A stretch of 32,000 nt of DNA from Candidatus Altimarinota bacterium (lineage in GTDB: Bacteria; Patescibacteriota; Gracilibacteria; UBA1369). The number at the start of each line of letters is the position of its first letter. The first letter of the stretch is position 1. The position numbers were made by a program, and so were the translations under genes. The notes below the pieces were generated by a model. The model was not told the origin of the DNA. It worked only from the letters and a program-made list of their open reading frames with translations, and ran no database searches. The DNA lies in the NCBI GenBank assembly GCA_041659405.1, contig JBAZYK010000008.1, forward strand, positions 30,001 to 62,000, read 5' to 3'. Shown piece after piece: positions 1 through 8,384 of this stretch.

Positions 1-14
1 CTCCATAAAATTGA

Positions 15-2303
15 TTATAGCGTCCTAATTCGTTTTTCAATCTTATAAGCCTCAAGTTCATCTCCCTCCATCAACGGCATAAACCCTTCATAACGCATCC
101 CGCATTCATTGCCGTCCGCGATTTCATGTACTGGCTTTTCCCCATGTCTAAGCGAAATAATCTGCCCTTCGCCAACCAGTAGATCCTTTCTGAATACACG
201 TAATTTAACCTTATTTTCTATATAACCCTTAAGAACCTTACAACCAACAACCATATCTTTTTTGCCGGTCATAAACACCATTTTAACCTGAGCTCTTCCC
301 AAAATATTTTCGATCATTTCAGGTTCCAAAAGACCCGTTAAAATCTTCTTAACATCATCGAGCAGTTTATAAATAATCGTATAGTTTAAAACTTCAACTC
401 TTTCACGATCTGCCAATCTTTTAACATTCAGATTTGCCTCAACATGAAAACCCATCACGATTCCATTTGCAGCCGCAGCCATCAATACGTCCGATTCATT
501 GATTGCCCCAACTCCGGAAAGAATAATTTTAACACCAACATCTTCATTTTTAATTTGAGCGAGCGACTGCTTTAAAGCTTCCAAAGAACCTTTTGTATCA
601 GCCTTTAAAACCAGTTTCAATTGTTTGAGTTGTTTTGAACTGATCTGGGAAATAATTTCACCCACACCACGTTTTTCCAGCAAGGCCGCGTCCTTTAGAG
701 TCTTAACGTTCAGAGCCTGAGATCGCGCCGCATGTTCATCTGCAGTAACCCGTAAAATATCGCCGGAAAAAGGCGTTTCTGCAAGGCCGGCAATTAAAAC
801 AGGAGTTGAAGGAGGCGCAAACTTCATGCTTTTTCCAGCCGCATCTTTCATAACTTTAACGCGCCCATAAGTTGAACCGATAACCACATTGTCCATAACT
901 TTCAAAGTTCCCGTATTGATAATTACGGTCGCAATCGGGCCCAAACTTTGGTCCAAATGCGCTTCAATTACAGTTCCAATAGCACCACGATTTGGATTTG
1001 CGCGGAGGTTTTCCATATCCGCCAAAAGCAAAACCATATCCAAAAGTTGTTGAATTCCTTCGCCTTTTAAAGCCGAAACCGGCACCATAATCGTTTTTCC
1101 ACCCCATTCTTCCGGAACCAGACCAAACTGACCAAGTTCACCTTTTACACGTTCAGGAGCCGCGCCCGGTTTATCAATTTTGTTTATTGCCACAATAATT
1201 GGCACTTCCGCGTCTTGAGCATGATGAATAGCTTCTTCGGTTTGTGGCTTAATGCCTTCATCCGCAGCTACAACCAAAATCGCAATATCTGTAACTTTAG
1301 CTCCACGCGCACGCATAGCCGTAAACGCCTCGTGACCGGGAGTGTCAAGAAATGTGATCTTGCGGCTATTTTTTACCACCTGATAAGCACCAATATGCTG
1401 CGTAATTCCACCGGATTCACCGGCAACCACATTGGTTTCACGAATTGCATCCAATAAAGTTGTCTTACCATGATCAACGTGCCCCATCACCACCACAATT
1501 GGCGGACGTTGCTGCAAATCAGCCGGATCATCTTCTTTTAACATGCCTTTAATATTTCCGGAAAACACATCTTCAGCGCTTGCTTCAGTGCGCTTCTTTT
1601 TAATTTTGATGCCAAGATCGTCTGAAATAATTTGAGCGGTATCGTAGTCAATTTGTTGGTTGATGTTAGCCAAAATTCCATTTTTCATCAATTCACCAAT
1701 AATTTTTGCCGCACCAAATCCGGTTTTTTCGGCAAATTCTTTTACGGAAATAACCTCGGCAATTTCAATTGTTCTATCCGACAAAGGTCGTAAAACTTGT
1801 GGTTCAAACTTTTTAGCAGGTTTTTTACCACCGGCGTCTTTTCCGGCCATCTGTTTTCTTTGGCTGCGGATAAGCTCACGATCAAGTTCCTGGGCAATTA
1901 ATTCATCATAAAGTTCAGCCTCTTCCAAAGGTTTTTCCGTTCCACCCAAAATCTCCTCGGTAATATCAACATGAGGGCCTTCTTCCTGCACAGACTTAGC
2001 TTGTTCAACCGGTTTTACCGCCTGAGAAGCAGGTTTAACAGCTTGTGGTTTAGGAGCAAGTTTGATTTCTTTAACAACCGGCTTAGCTTTTATTTCCGCC
2101 ACTTTTGCCTTTGGTTCCGACTTTTGCTTTAAAGTTTTTGGAGCCGCCGCGACTTTTTTAGATTTCGGTTCTTTGCCTTCTGTTTTTTTTGCTGAAGTCT
2201 TAGCAACTTTAACAGGCTTCTTTTCTGCCTTTTTAGTTACTTTGGAAGCTGCAGCTTTTTTAGCGGGAGTTTTCTTCTTAATTTCGTCGCTTTTTTTTGG
2301 CAT
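15..2303 (-). CDS. infB: translation initiation factor IF-2
   Basis: GTPase motifs [12 protein letters not shown] (G1), DTPGH (G3) and NKID (G4), a Lys/Ala/Pro-rich N-terminal region and IF-2 C-terminal domains. The ORF track opens at a TTG at 2369. The first ATG ([11 protein letters not shown]) is at 2303 and is used here; the start is uncertain by 66 nt. Confidence 0.95.
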   Translation of the reverse strand: MPKKSDEIKKKTPAKKAAASKVTKKAEKKPVKVAKTSAKKTEGKEPKSKKVAAAPKTLKQKSEPKAKVAEIKAKPVVKEIKLAPKPQAVKPASQAVKPVEQAKSVQEEGPHVDITEEILGGTEKPLEEAELYDELIAQELDRELIRSQRKQMAGKDAGGKKPAKKFEPQVLRPLSDRTIEIAEVISVKEFAEKTGFGAAKIIGELMKNGILANINQQIDYDTAQIISDDLGIKIKKKRTEASAEDVFSGNIKGMLKEDDPADLQQRPPIVVVMGHVDHGKTTLLDAIRETNVVAGESGGITQHIGAYQVVKNSRKITFLDTPGHEAFTAMRARGAKVTDIAILVVAADEGIKPQTEEAIHHAQDAEVPIIVAINKIDKPGAAPERVKGELGQFGLVPEEWGGKTIMVPVSALKGEGIQQLLDMVLLLADMENLRANPNRGAIGTVIEAHLDQSLGPIATVIINTGTLKVMDNVVIGSTYGRVKVMKDAAGKSMKFAPPSTPVLIAGLAETPFSGDILRVTADEHAARSQALNVKTLKDAALLEKRGVGEIISQISSKQLKQLKLVLKADTKGSLEALKQSLAQIKNEDVGVKIILSGVGAINESDVLMAAAANGIVMGFHVEANLNVKRLADRERVEVLNYTIIYKLLDDVKKILTGLLEPEMIENILGRAQVKMVFMTGKKDMVVGCKVLKGYIENKVKLRVFRKDLLVGEGQIISLRHGEKPVHEIADGNECGMRYEGFMPLMEGDELEAYKIEKRIRTL

Positions 2304-2377
2304 AAGTCTGATTAAAAATGGCCCTTTCAAAGGCGATAGCAGTTTATGGAAAAATGCGCGAAAAGTCAACTCGCTTT

Positions 2378-3478
2378 TTACTCGGACAATGGCTTATCTA
2401 AAAGCACAACTTCCGCATGGCCACCGGCAGTACCGTCGGTAATTTTATAAACATCCTTATCAACTTTTTTGAATTCTTTGGAAGCCTGATTGTACATGCT
2501 TACCGTGGTGCCCAAATGATCGCCGAGTTTAGCCAAGTAAGTTTCGTAACTACCCAAATGACGGCCAAGTTCGCCAACTTTCTTAATAATTTCCTGAACG
2601 GACGCCTCCATTTTTAAAGCCTTAAGTCCATGCAAAACGGTTTCCAGATAAGCAAAAAACGAGGTAGGGGAAACAATAATTACATGTTTCTTAAAAGCAT
2701 ATTCGATCAAATCCTGGGTATTAACTTCAACGGTTCCAACGTTATAAACCAGCAGGCTGTAATAAATTCCTTCCGCCGGCATAAACATAAAGGCAAAATC
2801 GGTCGTATCTTCCTGCGGACGAATATATTTGGAGGTCTCGTCAATGCGGTTTTTTAGGTCTGATTTGAAATCTTTTTCCAGCTGTGTTCGTTTTTCTTTA
2901 TCATTTTCCTGCATGATTCGATTGTACTTTTCCAAAGAAAATTTTGCGTCGATTGGAATGATTTTTCCGTTAAAAAAGATGACCGAGTCAACAATTTCTC
3001 CATTCTTAAAACTGTACTGCATTTGAAACTGCGCCGGAGTAAGCACATTGGAAAGTAATGTTTCCAGCAAATATTCACCCAAAATACCACGCTGCTTGGG
3101 ATTCTTTAAAATATTTTCAAGACTCTTCATCTGCTCGGCAAAGCCAACAACCTGCTTATTGGTTTCGTCCAGTTTTGTTAATTTTTTTGTTACTTCCTCA
3201 ATGATTTTCGCGCTCTGCCCAAACTGTTTTTGCATGGTTTCCAGTGACCTATGTTGATGTTCGGTAAGTTGCTGCGTAATTTTATCCAATCTTGTCTGCA
3301 ATTCTTCACGATTTTTAGAAGCGCCATCCTGCACCGATTTTCGCAGATTTTCCACAACGTCCAGCAATAATTTCTGAGCAGACTCGTCAGCCGGCTTTTG
3401 CATGGCTTTTAGTTGCAAAAATAAGTAGTACAAGATGCCTAAAATGGCTAAACCAACAATAACAGCGAGTATTTCCAT
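2378..3478 (-). CDS. rmuC: DNA recombination protein RmuC
   Basis: N-terminal TM helix (ILAVIVGLAILGILYYLFLQL), a long coiled-coil segment, and a C-terminal RmuC-type nuclease-like region (FAFMFMPAEGIYY, IIVSPTSFFAYL). ATG start. Confidence 0.85.
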   Translation of the reverse strand: MEILAVIVGLAILGILYYLFLQLKAMQKPADESAQKLLLDVVENLRKSVQDGASKNREELQTRLDKITQQLTEHQHRSLETMQKQFGQSAKIIEEVTKKLTKLDETNKQVVGFAEQMKSLENILKNPKQRGILGEYLLETLLSNVLTPAQFQMQYSFKNGEIVDSVIFFNGKIIPIDAKFSLEKYNRIMQENDKEKRTQLEKDFKSDLKNRIDETSKYIRPQEDTTDFAFMFMPAEGIYYSLLVYNVGTVEVNTQDLIEYAFKKHVIIVSPTSFFAYLETVLHGLKALKMEASVQEIIKKVGELGRHLGSYETYLAKLGDHLGTTVSMYNQASKEFKKVDKDVYKITDGTAGGHAEVVLLDKPLSE

Positions 3479-3504
3479 AATTTAAAATAAAAAATCTTGT
3501 TCAG

Positions 3505-3534
3505 AGTATAGGTGAGTAGACACTCACCCGTCAA
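3505..3534 (-). promoter_or_regulatory. candidate rmuC promoter TTGACG-N18-TATACT with a dyad-symmetric spacer
   Basis: The minus strand reads ttgacg ggtgagtgtctactcacc tatact. The -10 lies 26 nt upstream of the ATG at 3478. The 18-nt spacer is exactly a 7-bp inverted repeat, GGTGAGT-N4-ACTCACC (3511-3528). Confidence 0.5.
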
Positions 3535-3583
3535 GTCTATCGTTCCGCCTTTGCCATTTCTACTACAAAAAACGGCTATTTTG

Positions 3584-3592
3584 TGCTAAAAT
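3584..3592 (+). promoter_or_regulatory. candidate extended -10 promoter (TGcTAAAAT) for the 885-aa gene
   Basis: tgctaaaat lies 43 nt upstream of the ATG at 3636. The -35 is weak. Confidence 0.4.
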
Positions 3593-3635
3593 ATATAGAT
3601 TTAACTAAAAGCATTCTACAAGTACTCAAAAAACA

Positions 3636-6293
3636 ATGCCAAACAAATTTAAAAGAACAAATTGCCGTCCACAGTTTTTATTTGGTTTTAGCGAACCAAG
3701 GCTGATTTTTGATGCCCCAAAAGCACCGGAAAAAGCTGCAGAAGGAGCTAAAACTGAAGCCGGAAAGGTCTTAACTGTCAATGATTTGGAAGACGCTCTT
3801 CCAGCGGCCGAAGTTGGCAAAGCTAAGGACAAAATTGAAGCAGGAAAAGATTCAGTTAATGATGCAGCTAGAGCCAAAACAGCAGAATTGGCTGCGAAAA
3901 TTGGTATCGGCGTAACTCCAAAAAATACCCCACCGCCAAAACCACCAGGCGCCCCGGACATTGGACAAAGAAGCCCGGAAGTAAAACAAGAAAAACTCAC
4001 CGGATCACAGTTTTTGGCCAAATTAAAGGAACAAGACGCAAAGGATAAAGCAGCGGGCATTCCTCTAAATAAAAGACTTCAAAAAATGAAGGATTTAGCC
4101 GTAGAACAAGCCAAGATTGGCAACATTTATCACGATGGCTGGAGTGACGTAAATCTTGGTGAAGTGGAAGTCAACGGGCAAAAACTTCAAGTCCGCACAA
4201 AGGTTACCAATCGATATATTTCTATCGGAAACAAGGAAGATCATTTTATGGTTCCCGTAGATGGCCCCGCCGCAAAATTAATGGCGGAAGCAGCTGGAGG
4301 AGTTATGCCAACCCTAAAAGTACTTGATGCGATTGAGGATCCGAAAAATAAAGGGCAAATGGTCAATTTTATTGCCGGACCAAAAATTGCAGCAGATTTA
4401 CTAAAAACAGATCCAACGTTACCCCAAGACGTTCGCGAAAAACTGAACCAATGGAAGACTGACCCCAATCATCCACCAGGTGAAATGATGCAGTGGCTGG
4501 GTATGTTTGCCGCGCACAATGACGACCTTGAAAAGCGTATTGCCGGAATAAAAAGTGGCACTTTAACCTATGGTGGCAGCAAGACTCCAATTATCAATCC
4601 GAATTTTCAGGATGAAGGCACTACAAAAGCTAAAGTTCGCTTAAGTGAAAGTTTGAGTATTGCCGGAGGAGTTGATGTAAACGGAAAAAGAGTTCAGCAG
4701 GGGACTGGCAATCCACACGGGTTAGATCACCTCGATTATTCACAAAGAGCAATTGCCATGGGGCCCGAAACCGAGCTGGTAGATCCAAATACGGGTAAAA
4801 TACTTTTCAAAGTAAAAACTGCAGACATGATGAAAGGTCCGGATGCGGATGGAAATATTAAAACAGTTGATGGCTTAAAAATAAAAGTGCCAGATTCCTA
4901 TAAGCCATTTTCCAATCGCACTATTGATTTGGCGAAAATTTATCCGGGACATTCCCTTGGAAAAGAATTTAAACCTAAAGTGGAAGCTCCAACCGATTGG
5001 AGCGCTGTTCAGCCGTTAATGGGAGCGGGGGAGCAAAGGGTGGTCCCAGCAACACAAGAACCTTTTGCCGCAAGAGTAGTTCCTTCTTTAGGATCTGCCC
5101 CTTCATCCAAGCCGGAAGTTAGAGAAGCAAGCAGTGCCGTAGCCGTCGGGTATTTTCCAGAAAGGACTTCAGCTCCATCATCAACGTCAACCGGCACATC
5201 CAAAGCCAAATCAGGCGCAGTTGAAGCCTTTACAAAGCCGGAAATTCCATCGGAAGACCACCCATCTACTCGACGTGAAAGTTTTGATCTTACGGGATCA
5301 GCAGAAGCACCAAAAGCCCGTGAATTATTTATCCCCGAAGGTAAAAAATTATTTATTTTTGGCGATTCCCATAGTGATGGATTCGGAAACGTTCTAAGCT
5401 CAAAATTTGCAGATAAAATTGTTCATCTTCATTCTTCACGCAATAAATATTCAAAGTCAGAGTCACAGACAATGGGGAATATTAGACAGGCATTTGATGA
5501 ATTATTAAGCGGCAAATATCCTGCAGATAAATTCCCGGGAGCTAAATATCCCAAAGGCGCGGAATTGGATAATTTGCTCAACGGTTCCACAGTAGTCCTT
5601 GAAATCGGCACAAATGACCTTTTTGCCGGCAAAACTTTTGAAGCCATGAAAACCGAATTCGAAAGTTTGGTATCACTACTAAAAAGCAAAGGAATGAAAG
5701 TTGTTGTCGGAACAATTCCTGCAATTAAAGATAATGATCAAAAACCTTCTGCAAAGATGATCCAAACTAAGGATGCTTTCAACGAATATTTACGCGGGAA
5801 ATATCAACAGCATCAAATTGATGAACTGATTGATCTGCAAAAATTGGGTTTTGAAACCGCCGATGGGCATACCAACCCTGACTTTAAAGGTTCAACCTTA
5901 CATTTAAATCCTAAAGGTTATGCCGAATTGGCAAATCGATTTGCGCTTCAGGTTAACAAGGTAAATGGCAAAATTGAGTCTGAAGCTCCATCAACCGCAC
6001 CATCCAAAGCCGATCCGGAAATTTTAGCAGCAAAGAGAGCCGAAAATAAAGAAATTTATGCAAACCTGCCCAAAGGTTCCAAGTCCGCTTTCGACGCCCC
6101 CGTCTTTGATAATGTGCGTGAAGAATTAACGGCTCTAGCCAGAGCAAATAGGGATAGCATGAATGTGGGAGAAACCAGGGTTGTACAATTATCAAATGGC
6201 CAAAGCGTTCTGCTTGTTGCTACAAATCACTTTAATCATCCAGAAAAGTATCCAAATGGTCTAAAGGGGATTGAAGTTCGCACGATGGCATAA
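3636..6293 (+). CDS. large multidomain protein with an SGNH/GDSL hydrolase domain; the rest is unassigned
   Basis: SGNH blocks at aa ~570-775: LFIFGDSHSDG (block I, GDS), EIGTNDL (block III, GxND), and DGHTNPDFKGSTLHLNPKG (a possible block V region; the D-x-x-H is not clearly present). The first ~150 aa are a K/A/E/P-rich low-complexity region. aa ~160-460 and the last ~100 aa match nothing I recognise. Confidence 0.85.
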   Translation: MPNKFKRTNCRPQFLFGFSEPRLIFDAPKAPEKAAEGAKTEAGKVLTVNDLEDALPAAEVGKAKDKIEAGKDSVNDAARAKTAELAAKIGIGVTPKNTPPPKPPGAPDIGQRSPEVKQEKLTGSQFLAKLKEQDAKDKAAGIPLNKRLQKMKDLAVEQAKIGNIYHDGWSDVNLGEVEVNGQKLQVRTKVTNRYISIGNKEDHFMVPVDGPAAKLMAEAAGGVMPTLKVLDAIEDPKNKGQMVNFIAGPKIAADLLKTDPTLPQDVREKLNQWKTDPNHPPGEMMQWLGMFAAHNDDLEKRIAGIKSGTLTYGGSKTPIINPNFQDEGTTKAKVRLSESLSIAGGVDVNGKRVQQGTGNPHGLDHLDYSQRAIAMGPETELVDPNTGKILFKVKTADMMKGPDADGNIKTVDGLKIKVPDSYKPFSNRTIDLAKIYPGHSLGKEFKPKVEAPTDWSAVQPLMGAGEQRVVPATQEPFAARVVPSLGSAPSSKPEVREASSAVAVGYFPERTSAPSSTSTGTSKAKSGAVEAFTKPEIPSEDHPSTRRESFDLTGSAEAPKARELFIPEGKKLFIFGDSHSDGFGNVLSSKFADKIVHLHSSRNKYSKSESQTMGNIRQAFDELLSGKYPADKFPGAKYPKGAELDNLLNGSTVVLEIGTNDLFAGKTFEAMKTEFESLVSLLKSKGMKVVVGTIPAIKDNDQKPSAKMIQTKDAFNEYLRGKYQQHQIDELIDLQKLGFETADGHTNPDFKGSTLHLNPKGYAELANRFALQVNKVNGKIESEAPSTAPSKADPEILAAKRAENKEIYANLPKGSKSAFDAPVFDNVREELTALARANRDSMNVGETRVVQLSNGQSVLLVATNHFNHPEKYPNGLKGIEVRTMA

Positions 6294-6317
6294 TTGGTCA
6301 AAGCATAAAATTCTCTC

Positions 6318-6350
6318 AAAAAAAGAGCCCCGGTTATAGGGCTCTTTTAA
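6318..6350. terminator. bidirectional rho-independent terminator between convergent genes
   Basis: aaaaaa AGAGCCC cggttata GGGCTCT ttt: a 7-bp GC-rich stem with an A-run upstream and a short T-run downstream. It lies between the stops at 6293 (+) and 6375 (-). Confidence 0.7.
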
Positions 6351-6374
6351 ATTTCGAATCAATCTGACCACTAA

Positions 6375-7610
6375 CTATTTTTTCTTCGCAACCTTCTTAG
6401 CTGCTTTCTTTTCTTCATCACCATCTAAGTCCATTGCTGTTTGAGGTTCTTCTTTTGATTCACCTTCCGTAGCTTCCTCATCTTTGTCCTTTTTCTTGCT
6501 GATCTTCTTTTTGCCTGTATCCTCGGACAAAGCCTTGATTGAAAGACCTACGCGATGTTCTCCGGCCTCAATCGCAATGATTTTAGCTTTAACTTTATCA
6601 CCGATCTTCAAAATTTCACTTGGATCCTTAATCATTTCACCGGTAATTTCAGAAACGTGAATCAAACCGTTAATATCGTCGCTAAGCTTAAGGAATGCGC
6701 CAAATGGTGTCAGTCTGTTGATTTCTCCTTCAACTATATCACCGATCTTGTACTGTTTTGCAGCTTCCAACCATGGATCTTCAATCAGACGTTTCATGGA
6801 GAGAGAGATCTTTTCAACATCAATTCCAATAACCATAACTTCAACCTGATCACCAAGTTTGCCATAATCAGCAGCATTTTTTACGTGGCCCCAAGCGATT
6901 TCTGAAATATGAACCAAACCTTCAAGTCCATCAAATGCCACGAAAATACCGAATTTAACGATACCGCTAATGCGACCCTTAACCTTTTCGCCAATCTTAA
7001 GTTTAGTAAGAGAAATCTTACGTTGTTCTTCCATCGCAGCCTTTTCAGACAAAATCAATTTACCATTTTCCTTGTCGATATTAATGATTTTAACCAGGAA
7101 TTTGGTACCAACCAATTCTTGTAAACGAGTAAGAATCTGATTGGAGTCAGCTCCGTTAACACGTGGATAATGCAAAGGTGCCAATTGTGAAACCGGAATA
7201 AACGCCTTAATACCATCAATTTCAAGTAGAAGACCACCTTTATTGGCTTCAGAAGCCACAACATCGATAACATCTTTCTTGGCATAAGCTTCCTCGAATT
7301 TCTTCCAGGTCTTTTCCTGGCTTGCCTTACGCAAAGAAAGCAGAACATAACCTTCGTCGTTTTCCGCATCAATAACATAAGCCGAAACCGTATCGCCCTT
7401 TTTAAGTCTTTTCATTGTATCGGTACTATCACGAGCCTCGCGACCTGTAATAAGACCTGTACTAACACCGTTAATATCCACCAAAATTTTGTTCTTGTAG
7501 ATATCAACAACAACTCCATCTACCAAGGTTCCAGGCTTAGGAACAACAAAGAGAGGGGAGTTTTGTAAAAGCTCATCCATGAGCGCTATAGGGGTTTTAG
7601 TTGCCACCAT
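6375..7610 (-). CDS. rpsA: 30S ribosomal protein S1, four S1 domains plus a Lys/Glu-rich tail
   Basis: Four tandem S1 OB-fold repeats (GTLVDGVVVDI..., KDVIDVVASEANKGG..., GEKVKGRISGIVKFG..., GDIVEGEINRLTPFG...). The C-terminal tail is DKDEEATEGESKEE...KKAAKKVAKKK. The ORF track starts at a GTG at 7619; the first ATG (MVATKT) is at 7610. Confidence 0.9.
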   Translation of the reverse strand: MVATKTPIALMDELLQNSPLFVVPKPGTLVDGVVVDIYKNKILVDINGVSTGLITGREARDSTDTMKRLKKGDTVSAYVIDAENDEGYVLLSLRKASQEKTWKKFEEAYAKKDVIDVVASEANKGGLLLEIDGIKAFIPVSQLAPLHYPRVNGADSNQILTRLQELVGTKFLVKIINIDKENGKLILSEKAAMEEQRKISLTKLKIGEKVKGRISGIVKFGIFVAFDGLEGLVHISEIAWGHVKNAADYGKLGDQVEVMVIGIDVEKISLSMKRLIEDPWLEAAKQYKIGDIVEGEINRLTPFGAFLKLSDDINGLIHVSEITGEMIKDPSEILKIGDKVKAKIIAIEAGEHRVGLSIKALSEDTGKKKISKKKDKDEEATEGESKEEPQTAMDLDGDEEKKAAKKVAKKK

Positions 7611-7702
7611 AAAATACACACCGCAGCAAAGTTCTAAAGAATAAAAGCTTTTTAAGGAGGAACATTGCTGGGATTTTGGGAACCCCTTTCAAAAGCAGAG
7701 GA

Positions 7703-7731
7703 ATTTTAAGGGAATTAGACCGCAAGGTCAA
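7703..7731 (-). promoter_or_regulatory. candidate rpsA promoter TTGACC-N17-TAAAAT
   Basis: The minus strand reads ttgacc ttgcggtctaattccct taaaat. This predicts a leader of roughly 85 nt to the rpsA start. Confidence 0.55.
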
Positions 7732-7739
7732 GGGAAAAC

Positions 7740-8183
7740 CTACCCAATTGATAATGATGCCTCCTCACTAGCAAAACAAAAATCCGCTGCGTGCATACCA
7801 TATTCATTAACCAAAGCAAGGATTTCCGGACTGGTTACGCCTAATTCTATTGCCTTACCAACCGCCTTATTTCCACATTCCGTAAGTTCAATACTATCCA
7901 ATACTTCCCATTCAGCAGCTTCATCAAGTACTCCTTCTCCGGCCAATAACCTTTGGTGTTCAGTCGAAAAATGATCACTTGCAGCTCCACAAACTGCATT
8001 AGCTACCTCATCAGAAATGCCCGCTGCCATCAATTTCTGCCTAGCCTCATCGAGTAATCTCACTTTATTGTCGACGCTACTGGTTTGCATCACGTCCCCA
8101 TGTTCACCATCATCTGGTCGCATATTGAATGTAATTATGAAATTAGGAGGTTGACTATAACATACATGAAAATTATTTTTCAA
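7740..8183 (-). CDS. hypothetical acidic protein with no recognisable domain
   Basis: 147-codon ORF between clpC and rpsA on the same strand. The ORF-track start is a TTG; alternative ATGs are at 8123 and 8090. The product is Asp/Glu-rich with four Cys. I recognise no motif. Confidence 0.5.
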   Translation of the reverse strand: MKNNFHVCYSQPPNFIITFNMRPDDGEHGDVMQTSSVDNKVRLLDEARQKLMAAGISDEVANAVCGAASDHFSTEHQRLLAGEGVLDEAAEWEVLDSIELTECGNKAVGKAIELGVTSPEILALVNEYGMHAADFCFASEEASLSIG

Positions 8184-8384
8184 TACCTCTATTCAACCAT
8201 TGCTTTTACGAAATAAAAAAATGGCTATAGATAAATGAAAAACCAAGTATTGCATAATATACTTTTGTCTCGGTGGCTTTCTTGTACGTAAAAACGCCTG
8301 CAAATTCCTTCCCGGGAAGGCAGAGTCTATGATTTCCTCTTCTTCAAGCCATTTTGATGTCAAGTGGCGTTTGGCAGTTTCCAC

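Noticed and set aside
7663-7720. Perfect AAGGAGG followed 5 nt later by a TTG and a 14-codon ORF on the + strand
   Set aside because: No other gene in this window uses an SD, the ORF is tiny, and it lies antisense to the rpsA leader. It is noted only as an anti-SD-like CCUCCUU in the rpsA mRNA.
8193-8384. 63-codon ORF starting with GTG immediately after the clpC stop, and a 14-bp palindrome CCTTCCCGGGAAGG at 8307-8320
   Set aside because: The ORF has no motif, has a GTG start and lies in a likely promoter or terminator region. The palindrome has no loop and no U-tract, so I cannot support a terminator or operator call.
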